Source of the DNA: an uncultured delta proteobacterium
GTDB lineage: Bacteria; Desulfobacterota; Binatia; UBA9968
NCBI GenBank assembly: GCA_963745035.1
Contig: CAVUVW010000016.1
Coordinates: forward strand, 1 to 64,000
Reading direction: 5' to 3'
DNA length: 64,000 bases
Of this stretch, positions 1-10,234 are shown piece after piece (position 1 is the stretch's first letter; each line of letters begins with the position of its first letter). The position numbers and the translations under genes are program-made. The notes under the pieces were generated by a model. That model was given only the letters and a program-made list of their open reading frames with translations, was not told where the DNA came from and ran no database searches.

Positions 1-300
1 GAGACCTCACGAAAATCAGACGGTGACAAAAGCATTTCCATGTTCTGGTACGATATGCTCACGAAAAGCTACCGCTACGTAATCTACAGCGCCTCGGGTT
101 TGGCGGTTGAGCTGCCGCCGCCGACCTGGAGTGAAGGTACGCAGACAATGGAGTGGAAGACCGGCATGTTGTCCCCATTGTCTTACAACGGATTCGCCAC
201 TTTCACAGATCCCAACACGATTCGATGGAAATCGCTATGGAAGGATTGGAAAGGCACGGCCATATTCGACATTGAGGGGACCAGCTTCAGAAGAAAATAA
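1..300 (+). CDS. 3' end of a hypothetical protein running in from the left edge (beta-rich C-terminal domain)
   Basis: Frame 1 is open from base 1 (ETSRKSDGDKSISMFWYD...) to TAA at 298-300; the next gene starts 10 nt later. Confidence 0.6.
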   Translation, partial: ETSRKSDGDKSISMFWYDMLTKSYRYVIYSASGLAVELPPPTWSEGTQTMEWKTGMLSPLSYNGFATFTDPNTIRWKSLWKDWKGTAIFDIEGTSFRRK

Positions 301-310
301 GCTCAACCTC

Positions 311-2125
311 ATGCCGTCCTCACCGTTTCTCTATCACAGCGGATTCGGGATTATCTCGGCAGTCGCCATTCTTGCGATAGTCGCATCGTTTCTGACTTTG
401 GTCGCATCGGTGTTGCTTCTTGGACTGTATCGCAGACGGGTTGCTCAATTGATGCTGGAGTCGGCAGGCGATGGCGAGGATCGGACGGTGGAGGTACAAC
501 GCTCCGATGATCTGCGGAATTCGGCCTGGCGGTGCGACGCCCCCGGGCCAAGCCGCGTTTCGCTTGCAGCGAAGGGCGAGTCTTCGGACTGCTTGTATCG
601 CCGGACAAATGAAGAGCCGCGCCGTCACGCACTCAAGTATGCCATTGCGGGATTTTTGTTTGCATCGGTAGTCGGCCTATCGAGCGTCTCCGCGCTCTCG
701 CAGACGACGATCAACTATCTAAGCGCGGCCAGCCATCCGGTACAATTTGCTTTCATGTTATGGACTTGTGCTTGGCCCGTAGTCTTGACGACCGCTATTG
801 TTGCAGGCGGGAGCAAACTCCACTTTGTGCTCTATTTCATAATTCTGTTTGTGCTCGGCGCGACGATCGCGCTGATGCCCACCGAGGCTGCCTTTCAGGC
901 GGGGGCTCTCATGCTGCCCGCCTGGTCCGGAGCTTCGCCGCTTCAACTCGCTGGCAAATGGATGCTTTTCAACGGCGCGCCCACACTTCTAGTGGTGCTG
1001 TTTCGCAATCGATGGACACGCGCGGTAGCTACGCTCGTATTGAGCTTCATGAGCCTGGTCTCGGCGGGAGTGCTAGCGATCATATCGGTCGCTTTTCTTT
1101 ACCAAGACGTGTCCGTGGCCGTGACGGTCTTTGCAGCCGAAGCGTTGGGTTTGAGCATTCGTACCGCGCTGGTCGGGTACTTTCTATTGATCATTGCTGC
1201 AGCGGCGTTCATCTGCGGTGTATTCGGCTGGCGTGTACTGGTTTGGATACGCAACGCTTACCAGCGGAAATTGATCAGCGATCAATCGTTAACCGTTGAC
1301 GCGCTCTGGTTGATCTTTGCATCTTTCTACGCCGTCATGTTGGCTTTTGCGGGACCAGGCTGGACTTTGTCGGCAGTCGTCGCTTTTGCAATTTTCCAAC
1401 TCGCAGTCAGAACCGGCAACAGGATGCTGCGACAAAAATATGAAAATCGCCCGAAGTCTCCGGCTTTGTTGGTGCTCAGAGTATTTTCGCTCGGCAAGCG
1501 CAGCGAGATCCTCTTCGATGCCGTTACCCGACATTGGCGCTACGTTGGGAACGTTTACTTGATTGCGGGCACGGACCTGGCGCTTTCGACGGTTGCGCCG
1601 CACCAGTTCCTCGCTTTTCTGAGCGGCAAACTCGACCGATTGTTCGTTCGTGGTGAAACCACGCTAGAGCGCAGCCTCGGCGCGTTGGACCCTCGGCGAG
1701 ACGCCGACGGCCGCTTTCGCATCAACGATTTTTTCTGTCACGCGGATACTTGGCAGAGCGTGCTCCTGCGCCTGGTGAAGAGCACGGATGTGGTGATGAT
1801 GGATCTCAGAAAGTTCGCGGAAAAAAATGCTGGATGCGTCTTTGAGATCAAGGAGCTGGTCCAACGCGTGCCGTTTGAGCGCCTGGTGTTTATTATCGAT
1901 GCAACGACCGACAAGATATTTCTCGATCAAGTGCTCGGCGAGTCGCACCGCGAATTGTCCAATGATTCTCCCAACCACGGTGTGTCGCTGTCCTCGGTTC
2001 AGAAGGTTGATATACGTTCGCTAAGCAATCGCGAGCTGCAGAATCTGCTGAGGAAATTGTGCGTGGCGGGTGGGCATCAAAATCGTTTCGAGACGAGCTT
2101 GAGTGGAACCGTGAGTCCGTTGTGA
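311..2125 (+). CDS. Multi-pass membrane protein with C-terminal cytoplasmic alpha/beta (TIR-like) domain
   Basis: ATG 311 (MPSSPFLY...) is in frame with the 107..2125 ORF. Many hydrophobic segments are followed by LLVLRVFSLG...DVVMMDLRKF..KNAGCVFEIKEL. Confidence 0.7.
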   Translation: MPSSPFLYHSGFGIISAVAILAIVASFLTLVASVLLLGLYRRRVAQLMLESAGDGEDRTVEVQRSDDLRNSAWRCDAPGPSRVSLAAKGESSDCLYRRTNEEPRRHALKYAIAGFLFASVVGLSSVSALSQTTINYLSAASHPVQFAFMLWTCAWPVVLTTAIVAGGSKLHFVLYFIILFVLGATIALMPTEAAFQAGALMLPAWSGASPLQLAGKWMLFNGAPTLLVVLFRNRWTRAVATLVLSFMSLVSAGVLAIISVAFLYQDVSVAVTVFAAEALGLSIRTALVGYFLLIIAAAAFICGVFGWRVLVWIRNAYQRKLISDQSLTVDALWLIFASFYAVMLAFAGPGWTLSAVVAFAIFQLAVRTGNRMLRQKYENRPKSPALLVLRVFSLGKRSEILFDAVTRHWRYVGNVYLIAGTDLALSTVAPHQFLAFLSGKLDRLFVRGETTLERSLGALDPRRDADGRFRINDFFCHADTWQSVLLRLVKSTDVVMMDLRKFAEKNAGCVFEIKELVQRVPFERLVFIIDATTDKIFLDQVLGESHRELSNDSPNHGVSLSSVQKVDIRSLSNRELQNLLRKLCVAGGHQNRFETSLSGTVSPL

Positions 2126-2211
2126 GCAGACAGAGCTCCATAGATTGTGGAAGCGACGGGCATGTCTTCGGGCAGGATTTATGAGAGGCAGCTGTTCGCG
2201 ACGCAATGTCA

Positions 2212-3205
2212 ATGTCATCGAAACTTAAATTCGGATTATCTGCTACTGCCGCATTTCTGCGAGCATGCTTCGGTGGAAAAATCTCTGGAGGGAGCGAAGC
2301 GAGCCGAGGACTATGGCTTCGACTCGGTCTGGGTGAGAGATCATCTGGTCTTCGAGCCGCACGGTATCGAAGGAGCGGATAACACTCACATCGAAGGCAT
2401 GCTGGTGCTTTCGGCGGTTGCCGCCCTGACGAAGACCCTGTCGCTTGGCACTTCGATGACGATTTGCCATCGTCATCCGATCCATCTCGCCCAGCTCTTT
2501 GCGGGATTGAGCGAGATTTCCCGTGGCCGAGTCATCCTAGGAATGGGACTGGGTGGGTTTCCCCACGAATTTGCCGCCGCTGGATATCCAACCCGGATTG
2601 AGGAGCGCGCGGACTTGGTTCGGAGCAACGTGGAGATCTGCCGCCGGCTCTGGACCGGTGAACGGCTTTCTTACACAAACGATTACTTCGACTTCGCCGA
2701 TGTCTCACTCAAACCAACGCCGGTGAAGCCCATCCCGATCTGGTACGGTGGCGGCACACCCGCGGCATGCCGCCGCGCGGTGGAGTATTGCGACGGTTGG
2801 ATGCCCGCTCGCATCACGCTGGCGACTTTCGTAAAACTGGTGGCTTATATTGGCGAGCTGTGCGAAAAAGCCGAAAAGCCGATGATCCGCGCGGCGGTCA
2901 TGCCGTTTACGAGCGTTGCTAAGGATCGCGCGACGGCATTGAGCAAGGTAGATATGGAGTCGCTTATTGCCGAGGCCAACAAGTTTCCGACGTGGGTCAA
3001 GCCAGCCAGTGGACGGTTCTCAAAGCTGGAGGATATCCGTGGCTTTATTTTAGCCGGAACACCGCTGGACATAGCGGAAGAGACGCGCGCCTATGAACAA
3101 GCAGGCGCCGACCACATCGTTTACGACCTAAGATTTCGTTATGGCGCCTGGCTGGAGCAGATCGATCTTTTGGGGAATGAAGTATTGCCGGCATTGAAGC
3201 AGTAG
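2212..3205 (+). CDS. LLM-class flavin-dependent oxidoreductase (frameshift near 2240)
   Basis: ATG 2212 gives MSSKLKFGL in another frame, joining LLPHF...GFDSVWVRDH...GRVILGMGLG...PIWYGG...DGWMP. Confidence 0.85.
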
Positions 3206-3228
3206 GGGCGACCGGCCGGTCGCCCCAC
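3202..3228 (+). repeat. GTAG-type REP-like palindrome
   Basis: GTAGGGGCGACCGGCCGGTCGCCCC: GTAG followed by a perfect hairpin; its TAG is the LLM stop codon. Confidence 0.7.
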
Positions 3229-3244
3229 CGTATGGAGTAAAACG

Positions 3245-4234
3245 ATGCGATCTATTGCTTACTTGTTTCTCACGGTCATTGCCTGCTTTTATGCAACGGA
3301 CCTCCGGGCCCTCGATAAGATCCGCATCGGCATGGGAGCATTCAGCCCGACGAACAGCGCGATTTGGGTTGCCGAAGAACGCGGCCTATTCAAGAAGCAC
3401 GGACTGGAAGTCGAAGCGATCTATATCGGCGGGGGCGCCGCCCGAAGCGTCAACGCGCTACTCGCCGGCGATATTCAGTTCGCCACCGCAGGCGGCGGCG
3501 CCGTGATCACGTCGGCGCTCAAGGGTGCTGACGTCGTCATGGTCGCGGCGCAGAACAACAAGGGCGTCCATCGTATTTTGGTGCGGCCTGAGATCAATAC
3601 GCCAGAGGAAATCAAAGGCAAGAAGATTGCCATCACGACGTTCGGTTCTTCATCGCACGCCGTGCTGACAATGGTTCTCGATGTCTGGAAGATACGGCCC
3701 GACGAGCTTCAGATCCTGCAGGTCGGCTCCTCGCCGACCATGCTGATCAGCCTGCAAAAGAAACTAGTCGACGGCGCGGTGCTGACCGATCCGTCTTACT
3801 TTATCGCCGAAGACCACGGGTTTCGCGTGTTCGCCGATCTCGCCAAGATGAATATTCATTACCTCCAGAGCATGATGGTGTCGACGCGAGGCAATCTGCG
3901 CACGAATCGCGATCAAGCGATGCGGGTGCTCAGAGCCTATGTGGAGGGAATCGCGTATTTCAAAAGGAACAAAAAGGAAAGCGTTCAGATCATCCTCAAG
4001 AAAATGCGCATGAACGCCGACCAGGCAAAATACGCGGAACGCACCTACGATCAGTACGCCAGTCTCTATTTCGACCGCATCCCGTATCCATCGCCGACCG
4101 GAATCAAAACCGTCCTGGAAAGCCTCGCGAAGGAGAACCCCAAAGCCAAAAACGCGGATCCGAACTCATTCGTCGACGCGAGCATCCTGAAATCTCTGGA
4201 GGACAGCGGCTTTATCAAAAGTTTGTATGATTAG
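3245..4234 (+). CDS. ABC transporter substrate-binding protein, SsuA/NMT1/THI5-like
   Basis: Signal peptide; GLFKKHGLEVE, ALLAGDIQF, EIKGKKIAIT motifs; RBS GGAG. Confidence 0.9.
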   Translation: MRSIAYLFLTVIACFYATDLRALDKIRIGMGAFSPTNSAIWVAEERGLFKKHGLEVEAIYIGGGAARSVNALLAGDIQFATAGGGAVITSALKGADVVMVAAQNNKGVHRILVRPEINTPEEIKGKKIAITTFGSSSHAVLTMVLDVWKIRPDELQILQVGSSPTMLISLQKKLVDGAVLTDPSYFIAEDHGFRVFADLAKMNIHYLQSMMVSTRGNLRTNRDQAMRVLRAYVEGIAYFKRNKKESVQIILKKMRMNADQAKYAERTYDQYASLYFDRIPYPSPTGIKTVLESLAKENPKAKNADPNSFVDASILKSLEDSGFIKSLYD

Positions 4235-4392
4235 GACATTCGAAAATCGACATTACTCTGTCGTCTACGAACGAGACTTCCAGGATTTCAGACGGTGGCG
4301 CTCTGACAGGCGACCGGCGAAGACAAACAGCCGCGGGCCTGAATCATCCCGAAAGGCAGAAAGCTGGTTCTCGTCCAGAGAATAGTTACCCG

Positions 4393-5349
4393 CTAAAGAC
4401 GCGGTCCATCCAAAGAAATGCTGGTCTTTCTTTCAGCGGGGTAAGCGACGACGTCGTGCTGTTCAGCGACATCAAAGCTTATCCGATCGACAAGCGGTTG
4501 AAGATGGTACCGGCCGGTCGAAGCATCGCTATTTTTGGAGAAGACCAAAAATTCGTATCGTTCGGGAAATAAGGAAACCAACTCACTGAATGTCTTGATG
4601 CTTATCGAGCCCTTTGGATCAATACTGAGTTCAAATTCGACGATCGGTCGGTACGTTCTTAGGGTTTTGCGCAATCCCTCAAGTGCCAGCTTCTCATAGC
4701 CCTCAATATCCATCTTTATTAGGTCCACAGACTTTAGACCCGAACGTTTTACGGCATCATCACCGATTTGAATTTCGAGTTCTCCCTCGTAAGTATTGTC
4801 TCCCTTGAAGCCAGACACGAAAGACCCTGTGCCAAGATTATCCTGGGGTGGTTTGTAGAAAGCCTTTTTTGAATTACTGTCGCCGATCCCATATGGATGC
4901 AAGACAATATTTTCGATGTGGTTGAGCCTTACCATTTCCTGAAACCTTTTCAGAACAGGATCCCAAGGTTCGAATGCGTGAATTTCGGCGGCGTATTTGG
5001 ACATGAAAAGGGAGTATTGTCCTGTATTCGCGCCTATGTCCAAAAAACTTCCTTGGTTGGAGTATGCAGAAGTCATCACGTCTCTTAGAAAAAAGAGAAT
5101 TGGCTTTTCGAAGGCGCCAAAGAAGAATATGTGGCGATCTACATAATTGTCTGTGGAACCTTTGTAACGCGCACCGAAGAGGTCTACTTCGAAGTCAAAA
5201 GTCTCAGCTGTCAGACACGCCGAAGGAGAAACCGCATAGCGCCAGCAACGATAATTCCAGCGGAACCGATCCGCATCCAAGAGGTAAAAGAGCGTTACGC
5301 AGGCAAGAAATGCCAGCAACGCTGCAGCTAAAAGCTTTACAAACTTCAA
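4393..5349 (-). CDS. FkbM-family SAM-dependent methyltransferase with N-terminal membrane anchor
   Basis: FLDIGANTGQYS, HAFEP, IKMDIEGYE motifs. Confidence 0.9.
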   Translation of the reverse strand: MKFVKLLAAALLAFLACVTLFYLLDADRFRWNYRCWRYAVSPSACLTAETFDFEVDLFGARYKGSTDNYVDRHIFFFGAFEKPILFFLRDVMTSAYSNQGSFLDIGANTGQYSLFMSKYAAEIHAFEPWDPVLKRFQEMVRLNHIENIVLHPYGIGDSNSKKAFYKPPQDNLGTGSFVSGFKGDNTYEGELEIQIGDDAVKRSGLKSVDLIKMDIEGYEKLALEGLRKTLRTYRPIVEFELSIDPKGSISIKTFSELVSLFPERYEFLVFSKNSDASTGRYHLQPLVDRISFDVAEQHDVVAYPAERKTSISLDGPRL

Positions 5350-5540
5350 GCAAACACCGGGTTAAAGACGCTGAATGCAATCGGCGCGTCTACAAAAGCC
5401 GCAGTCCGAAGGCCATGGCGATTTTACCGGATCGTGGCGGGTGGTGCTAGAATAAAGTGCAGTTGGTGGGGAGGGTGTTTCTTGAAAAGTGAAGAGCAGG
5501 TTCATCACCTGCCCTTCACGCTGCTAAATAGCTCCTCTAT

Positions 5541-7829
5541 TTAAGCCTTCGCGGCTTCCTTTAACCCTCTCAGCACGTTCTCCGGGCTTAACGGCAATTT
5601 GTTGATGCGCACGCCGGTGGCGTTGAAGATCGCGTTGGCGATGCAGGCCATCGGCGGGACGCAGGCGATCTCGCCGGCGCCTTTGGCGCCGTAGGGGCCG
5701 GAGCCGGGATAGCCTTCGACCAAGGTCGTCTCGATGCGCGGCATCATGTTAATGGTCGGCATCAGGTAATCCACGAAGCTCGGGTTCATCGTCCGGCCGT
5801 TCTGATCGAAGACGACTTGCTCACAGAGCGCCTGGCCGATGCTCATCGCGGCGGCGCCCTCGATCTGGCCTTCGGCGGCGGCCCGGTGGATCGGCTGGCC
5901 GATGTCGTGAACGGCGACGTATTTCAAAATCTTCACGTTGCCGGTGTCGGGGCTCACTTCGACGATGCAGGCATGCGTTGTAAACGGCTGCGAGCTGCCG
6001 TGGGCTTTTTCTTCGGCCACCAATGCCAGGTTGTCGCAGTAACCCCGGCCGATGACTTCGCCGATGACATTGTGCGCGTCGGTGGCGACGGTGGCGAGCG
6101 CGACCGCCTTCGCCGGCGTGCCTTTGACACGGATCTGCTTGTCGACGATCTCGAGATCGTCGGGGCTAGCTTCCAATTTGCTCGCGGCCATTTTGAAAAT
6201 CTGATTGCGCGCGTCGATGGCCGCGAGTCGCGTCGCGCCGCCGGAAACCAGGATGCCCCGGCTGCCGACCGTGCCTGCGTCCCATGGGCTGGCGTCGGTG
6301 TCGACGTTGACCACGGTGACATCGCTGACGGGTATGCCGAGCTCCTCGGCGACAATCATGGGAATACCGAAACCGGGGATGGTGCCCATGTCGATCTTGC
6401 CGATGTGCACCGTCACCGAGCCGTCTTCGTTGACTTTTACGATGGAGCCACCGCCGGGACCGGCGCTTTCGATCCATGAGCCCGTCGCGATGCCGATGCC
6501 CTGATTTTTTTCCAGCTTTACTTTGCCCCAGCCGATTTTTTCTTTGGCGATCTTGACCGTCTCGCCGAGCGAAACATCGCGCAGCTTGGGCACGCCGACG
6601 ATCTTGTCGCCGGCTTTAGGCATGTTCTTAAGGCGGAATTCCGTCGGGTCCATGCCCAGCTTGGCGGCGATGGAGTCCATATGCGATTCGACGGCGAACG
6701 CGGCTTGCGGACCGCCGGGGCCGCGCACTGGGCCGCAGACCTGCTTGTTGGTGTAGACGCTGTAGCCCTCGATATGACAATTGGGCATCAGGTACCAGCC
6801 GCCGAGCATGTTGGTGCAACGGCCGCCCGCCTGCACTCCGAAGCCCGAGTAGCCGCCCGCGTCGTAAAATACTTTGCCGGTGCGGGCGACAATGGTGCCG
6901 TCTTTTTTTACGCCGGTCTTGATATACATTTTCGCGCCGGCGCGGATTGTCGTCGAAATGGTTTCCTCGGCCTTGTCGAGGACGATCATTACCGGCCGCT
7001 TGGCCTTGATCGCCAACAGGCCGCAGATCGGCTCGATGGCGGCGCCCGAGGTGATACCGCTGCCCTTGCCGCCAAAGCCGCCGCCCAGGCCGGCTGAGAT
7101 CACGCGCACGTTGTTGAGGGACAGGCCGAGCGTCTTCGCCGTTTCCTGGCGCACAGGGAAGGGCGCCTGGGCGTTGGCCCAAACGGTGAGACGGCCGTTG
7201 GGCTCCATCTGCGCCGCGGCGATGCGCGGCTCGAGATATTGCGGGTGGATCATCTTGGTTTCGTAAACTTCCTCGACCACCACATCCGCTTCGGCCATCG
7301 CTTTTTCGGCATCGCCGACTTTGACGACGGCATGGCCGCAGATGTTTTTGAGCCCCGCGTCCGCCGGAATGGTTTTCGGCAGCGGCATGTCTTCGTGCAG
7401 GGTCGGCGCTTCCGGACTGGTCGCTTCTTCCGGATCGATGGCCACCGGCAGCGGCTCGTAGACGACCTTGATTTTCTTGAGTGCCTGCTTGGCGATAGCG
7501 AGCGATTCGGCGGCGACGGCGGCGACCGGGTCGCCCATGAAGCGGACTTTGCCGCGCGCAAGAATGTGGCGATCCATATAACTGCGGCCGTAACGGACGT
7601 TTGGCGCGTCGTCGGCGGTCACCACGGCGTGCACGCCGGGGATCTTCTTCGCTTCGCTGGTGTCGATGCTGACTATTTTCGCATGGGCGTGCTGGCTGCG
7701 CAGGATCGCGCCATGCAACTGATCTTTGAGCATCAAGTCGATACCGTAGACGCCCTTGCCGATAACGCGCTCGACGCCGCCCATGCGGGCGGGGCTCGAA
7801 CCGATGATTTTCAATTCCGCTTTCGCCAT
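5541..7829 (-). CDS. Xanthine dehydrogenase-family molybdopterin-binding large subunit
   Basis: GGGFGGKG, RGPGGPQ, GTVGSRG, GQIEGA, GAKGAGE motifs; 762 aa. Confidence 0.92.
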   Translation of the reverse strand: MAKAELKIIGSSPARMGGVERVIGKGVYGIDLMLKDQLHGAILRSQHAHAKIVSIDTSEAKKIPGVHAVVTADDAPNVRYGRSYMDRHILARGKVRFMGDPVAAVAAESLAIAKQALKKIKVVYEPLPVAIDPEEATSPEAPTLHEDMPLPKTIPADAGLKNICGHAVVKVGDAEKAMAEADVVVEEVYETKMIHPQYLEPRIAAAQMEPNGRLTVWANAQAPFPVRQETAKTLGLSLNNVRVISAGLGGGFGGKGSGITSGAAIEPICGLLAIKAKRPVMIVLDKAEETISTTIRAGAKMYIKTGVKKDGTIVARTGKVFYDAGGYSGFGVQAGGRCTNMLGGWYLMPNCHIEGYSVYTNKQVCGPVRGPGGPQAAFAVESHMDSIAAKLGMDPTEFRLKNMPKAGDKIVGVPKLRDVSLGETVKIAKEKIGWGKVKLEKNQGIGIATGSWIESAGPGGGSIVKVNEDGSVTVHIGKIDMGTIPGFGIPMIVAEELGIPVSDVTVVNVDTDASPWDAGTVGSRGILVSGGATRLAAIDARNQIFKMAASKLEASPDDLEIVDKQIRVKGTPAKAVALATVATDAHNVIGEVIGRGYCDNLALVAEEKAHGSSQPFTTHACIVEVSPDTGNVKILKYVAVHDIGQPIHRAAAEGQIEGAAAMSIGQALCEQVVFDQNGRTMNPSFVDYLMPTINMMPRIETTLVEGYPGSGPYGAKGAGEIACVPPMACIANAIFNATGVRINKLPLSPENVLRGLKEAAKA

Positions 7830-7832
7830 GAC

Positions 7833-8309
7833 TTAAGCCCTCCCTGCGATGCGATCGGCGGCGAGATGGATCGCATCGACGATCTTGTTGTAACCGGTGC
7901 AGCGGCAGATGTTGCCGGAGACCGCTTCCTCGATATCTTCAGGCGTCGGTTTGGTGGTGCGGTCGAGCAGCGCTTTGACGGAAATAATGTATCCCGGTGT
8001 GCAATAGCCGCACTGCACCGCGCCGGTGTCGATGAAGGCCTGCTGAACGGGGTGTAGCTTATCGCCATCGGCCAAGCCTTCGATGGTGGTGATCTCGGCG
8101 CCGTTAGCGTCGGCGGCCATGGTCACACAGGAGTTGATCGGCTTGCCGTTGTAGATGATCGTGCAGGCGCCGCACTCGCCGGTGTTACAGCAGAGCTTGC
8201 TGCCTTTCATCTCTAAAGTATCGCGGAGAAAATCCAGCAGCGACGTCGATGCGTCCGCGCTGGCGGTGACCGATCGGCCATTGATTTTGGTGTTGATGGT
8301 GACGCTCAT
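7833..8309 (-). CDS. (2Fe-2S)-binding small subunit (CoxS/CutS-like)
   Basis: CNTGECGAC, QCGYCTPG, GNICRCTGY. Confidence 0.95.
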   Translation of the reverse strand: MSVTINTKINGRSVTASADASTSLLDFLRDTLEMKGSKLCCNTGECGACTIIYNGKPINSCVTMAADANGAEITTIEGLADGDKLHPVQQAFIDTGAVQCGYCTPGYIISVKALLDRTTKPTPEDIEEAVSGNICRCTGYNKIVDAIHLAADRIAGRA

Positions 8310-9178
8310 TACGCTACCTCCTTGCCGGTGGCGGCTTTCCAGGTTTGTTCCAGACCGCGGCGGGTCAAAGCTTCGACAATCCAGCGGCGATATTCGCCGC
8401 TGCTGCGCTGGTCGCTGATCGGGCTCGATTCCGATGCGGCCATCGCCGCCGCTTCTTTGAGCAGCGAAGCGCTCAGCGGTTTGCCGCGCAGCAACGCTTC
8501 GGTTTTTGGCGCGCGCACCGGAGTCGGCGCCACCGCGCCTAACCCGATGCGTACGTCCTGCATGCTATTTTTCCCTGCGTCAGGCGTGATCATAACCGCG
8601 ACGCCGACCATGGCGATATCCATGGCGCCGCGCACCGCGTGCTTCAGGTAAACGCTCTTGCTGCCCGCCGCGGGATAGGGCACGTCGATTTCAGTCAAAA
8701 GACCCTTTGCTCCGAGGACCGATTTTCCCGGTCCTTGGAAAAAAGACGTGAACGGTTGGCTCTTTTCACCGTCCGTGAACGCGCACTTGCCGGTCGCTTC
8801 CAGCACGAGCAGTGGCGCTAAGGTTTCGCCCGACGGCGAAGCGCGGCAAATGTTGCCGCCGATAGTCGCGGTGTTGCGCACCTGCAAGGACGCAAACTGA
8901 TGCGACGATTCCCACAGCACCGGCAGCTTTTCGCGCACGAGCGCATTGGCTTCCAGGTCGCGGATGGTCGTCAGCGCCCCGATGCGCAGGCCGGCGCCGT
9001 TCTCTTTGATGCCGCTCAAGCCGGGGAGTTTCTTGATATTGACCAACGCGCCCGGCTCCTCCTTAAATTTGATGTCCACCATCACGTCGGTGCCGCCGGC
9101 GATGACCTTGGCTTCGGCGCCGTGCTTGTCCAGAAATGACAGTGCTTCACTGACCGTTTTCGGTTCGAAATATTCCAT
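8309..9178 (-). CDS. FAD-binding medium subunit (CoxM/CutM-like)
   Basis: YFEPKTV, IAGGTD, VRNTATIGGN; its stop overlaps the small-subunit start. Confidence 0.95.
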   Translation of the reverse strand: MEYFEPKTVSEALSFLDKHGAEAKVIAGGTDVMVDIKFKEEPGALVNIKKLPGLSGIKENGAGLRIGALTTIRDLEANALVREKLPVLWESSHQFASLQVRNTATIGGNICRASPSGETLAPLLVLEATGKCAFTDGEKSQPFTSFFQGPGKSVLGAKGLLTEIDVPYPAAGSKSVYLKHAVRGAMDIAMVGVAVMITPDAGKNSMQDVRIGLGAVAPTPVRAPKTEALLRGKPLSASLLKEAAAMAASESSPISDQRSSGEYRRWIVEALTRRGLEQTWKAATGKEVA

Positions 9179-9412
9179 GATCGCCCGCCTTTTTTGGGTT
9201 GTTGCTTGATGAGAATTCCCGAGTTCCTCTTAGCCTAACTCGTGCACGCTTAGCAACCCCGGAAGCAAAAGTTTTGATGCCGTTGCGCGGGCTAGCGCCG
9301 GGAGGGTTTCTACCTTGACTCTTGTGCCGTTCACGATTACAAACATTCGCGGGCACAAGTCCCGCGTAGGCTCGGCTGCTTGACCGAGTTTCTGCTGAGA
9401 ATTTCACTCAAG

Positions 9413-10156
9413 ATGGCGAATCGTTTCGACGATCTTTTGAAGGCGCCTGCGGCCGACCGAAAACAGGTTGCCGAGCGCCTCTACGACGAGCGCTACGGGA
9501 AGCGCTTGGGACAGACGCTGCAGCTGCCGAGCAAACGTAAATTGAAGCGCATCGCACTTTATAAAACGATCATCGGTGCCGGTCATCAGCAGATTCTCGA
9601 ACTGGGCTGCGGTTCGGGGGATTTGACTTACCAGCTCATAGACAACGCTGCGCGGATCGTCGCCACCGATATTTCACCCAACGCGATCGAGTTTGCCGAG
9701 AAGCGCAAGGAGCTGTGGCCACTGAGCGGCGAAGAACTGAGCAAGATCGAATTTCGCCAAATGTCGGCGGTTCACTTGGATTTGCCCGACGATCAGTTCG
9801 ATTGGGCGATCAGCACTTCCATGATCGAGCATCTGCATCCCGACGACGTGGATCTGCATCTGCGCGAGGTTCGGCGCGTTCTCAAGACCGGCGGGAATTA
9901 TCTCATCTGGTGCCCCAGCGGCTTGGGTCACCACAAAGATCGCGACGGTCACCTGACGATGCTCTCGTACCAGGAATGGATCGATAAGTTGCGGCACGCC
10001 GGCTTTCAGCGCTTTCGCTCAACCTTGACGTGGCGGCCGCCCGTGGTCGTCGCGCGGTGGAAAATCGTTTTAGAGACGATCCTGTCTCGCGCGCGCGCCA
10101 AAGTCATGTGGAGTCATCTCGGCGTCAGAAACGTTCTGTTGATCGCCGCCAAATAG
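9413..10156 (+). CDS. Class I SAM-dependent methyltransferase
   Basis: ILELGCGSG, ATDIS, FDWAIS.SMIEHL, RVLKTGG; ATG 9413 is in frame with ORF 9380. Confidence 0.88.
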   Translation: MANRFDDLLKAPAADRKQVAERLYDERYGKRLGQTLQLPSKRKLKRIALYKTIIGAGHQQILELGCGSGDLTYQLIDNAARIVATDISPNAIEFAEKRKELWPLSGEELSKIEFRQMSAVHLDLPDDQFDWAISTSMIEHLHPDDVDLHLREVRRVLKTGGNYLIWCPSGLGHHKDRDGHLTMLSYQEWIDKLRHAGFQRFRSTLTWRPPVVVARWKIVLETILSRARAKVMWSHLGVRNVLLIAAK

Positions 10157-10234
10157 ATCGCCCTTTTTTCATGCGTCCCCGCGCAAAGCGTCTGATATGC
10201 CGGACTGCATGATTGCGGAAAAGGAGAGCCAGCC

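Noticed and set aside
107-310. N-terminal extension of the 672-aa ORF
   Set aside because: It overlaps the upstream gene in another frame; ATG 311 after that gene's stop is more plausible.
5541-9178. Aerobic CO dehydrogenase (coxMSL)
   Set aside because: It lacks the AYXCSFR/AYXGAGR loop and there are no cox accessory genes.
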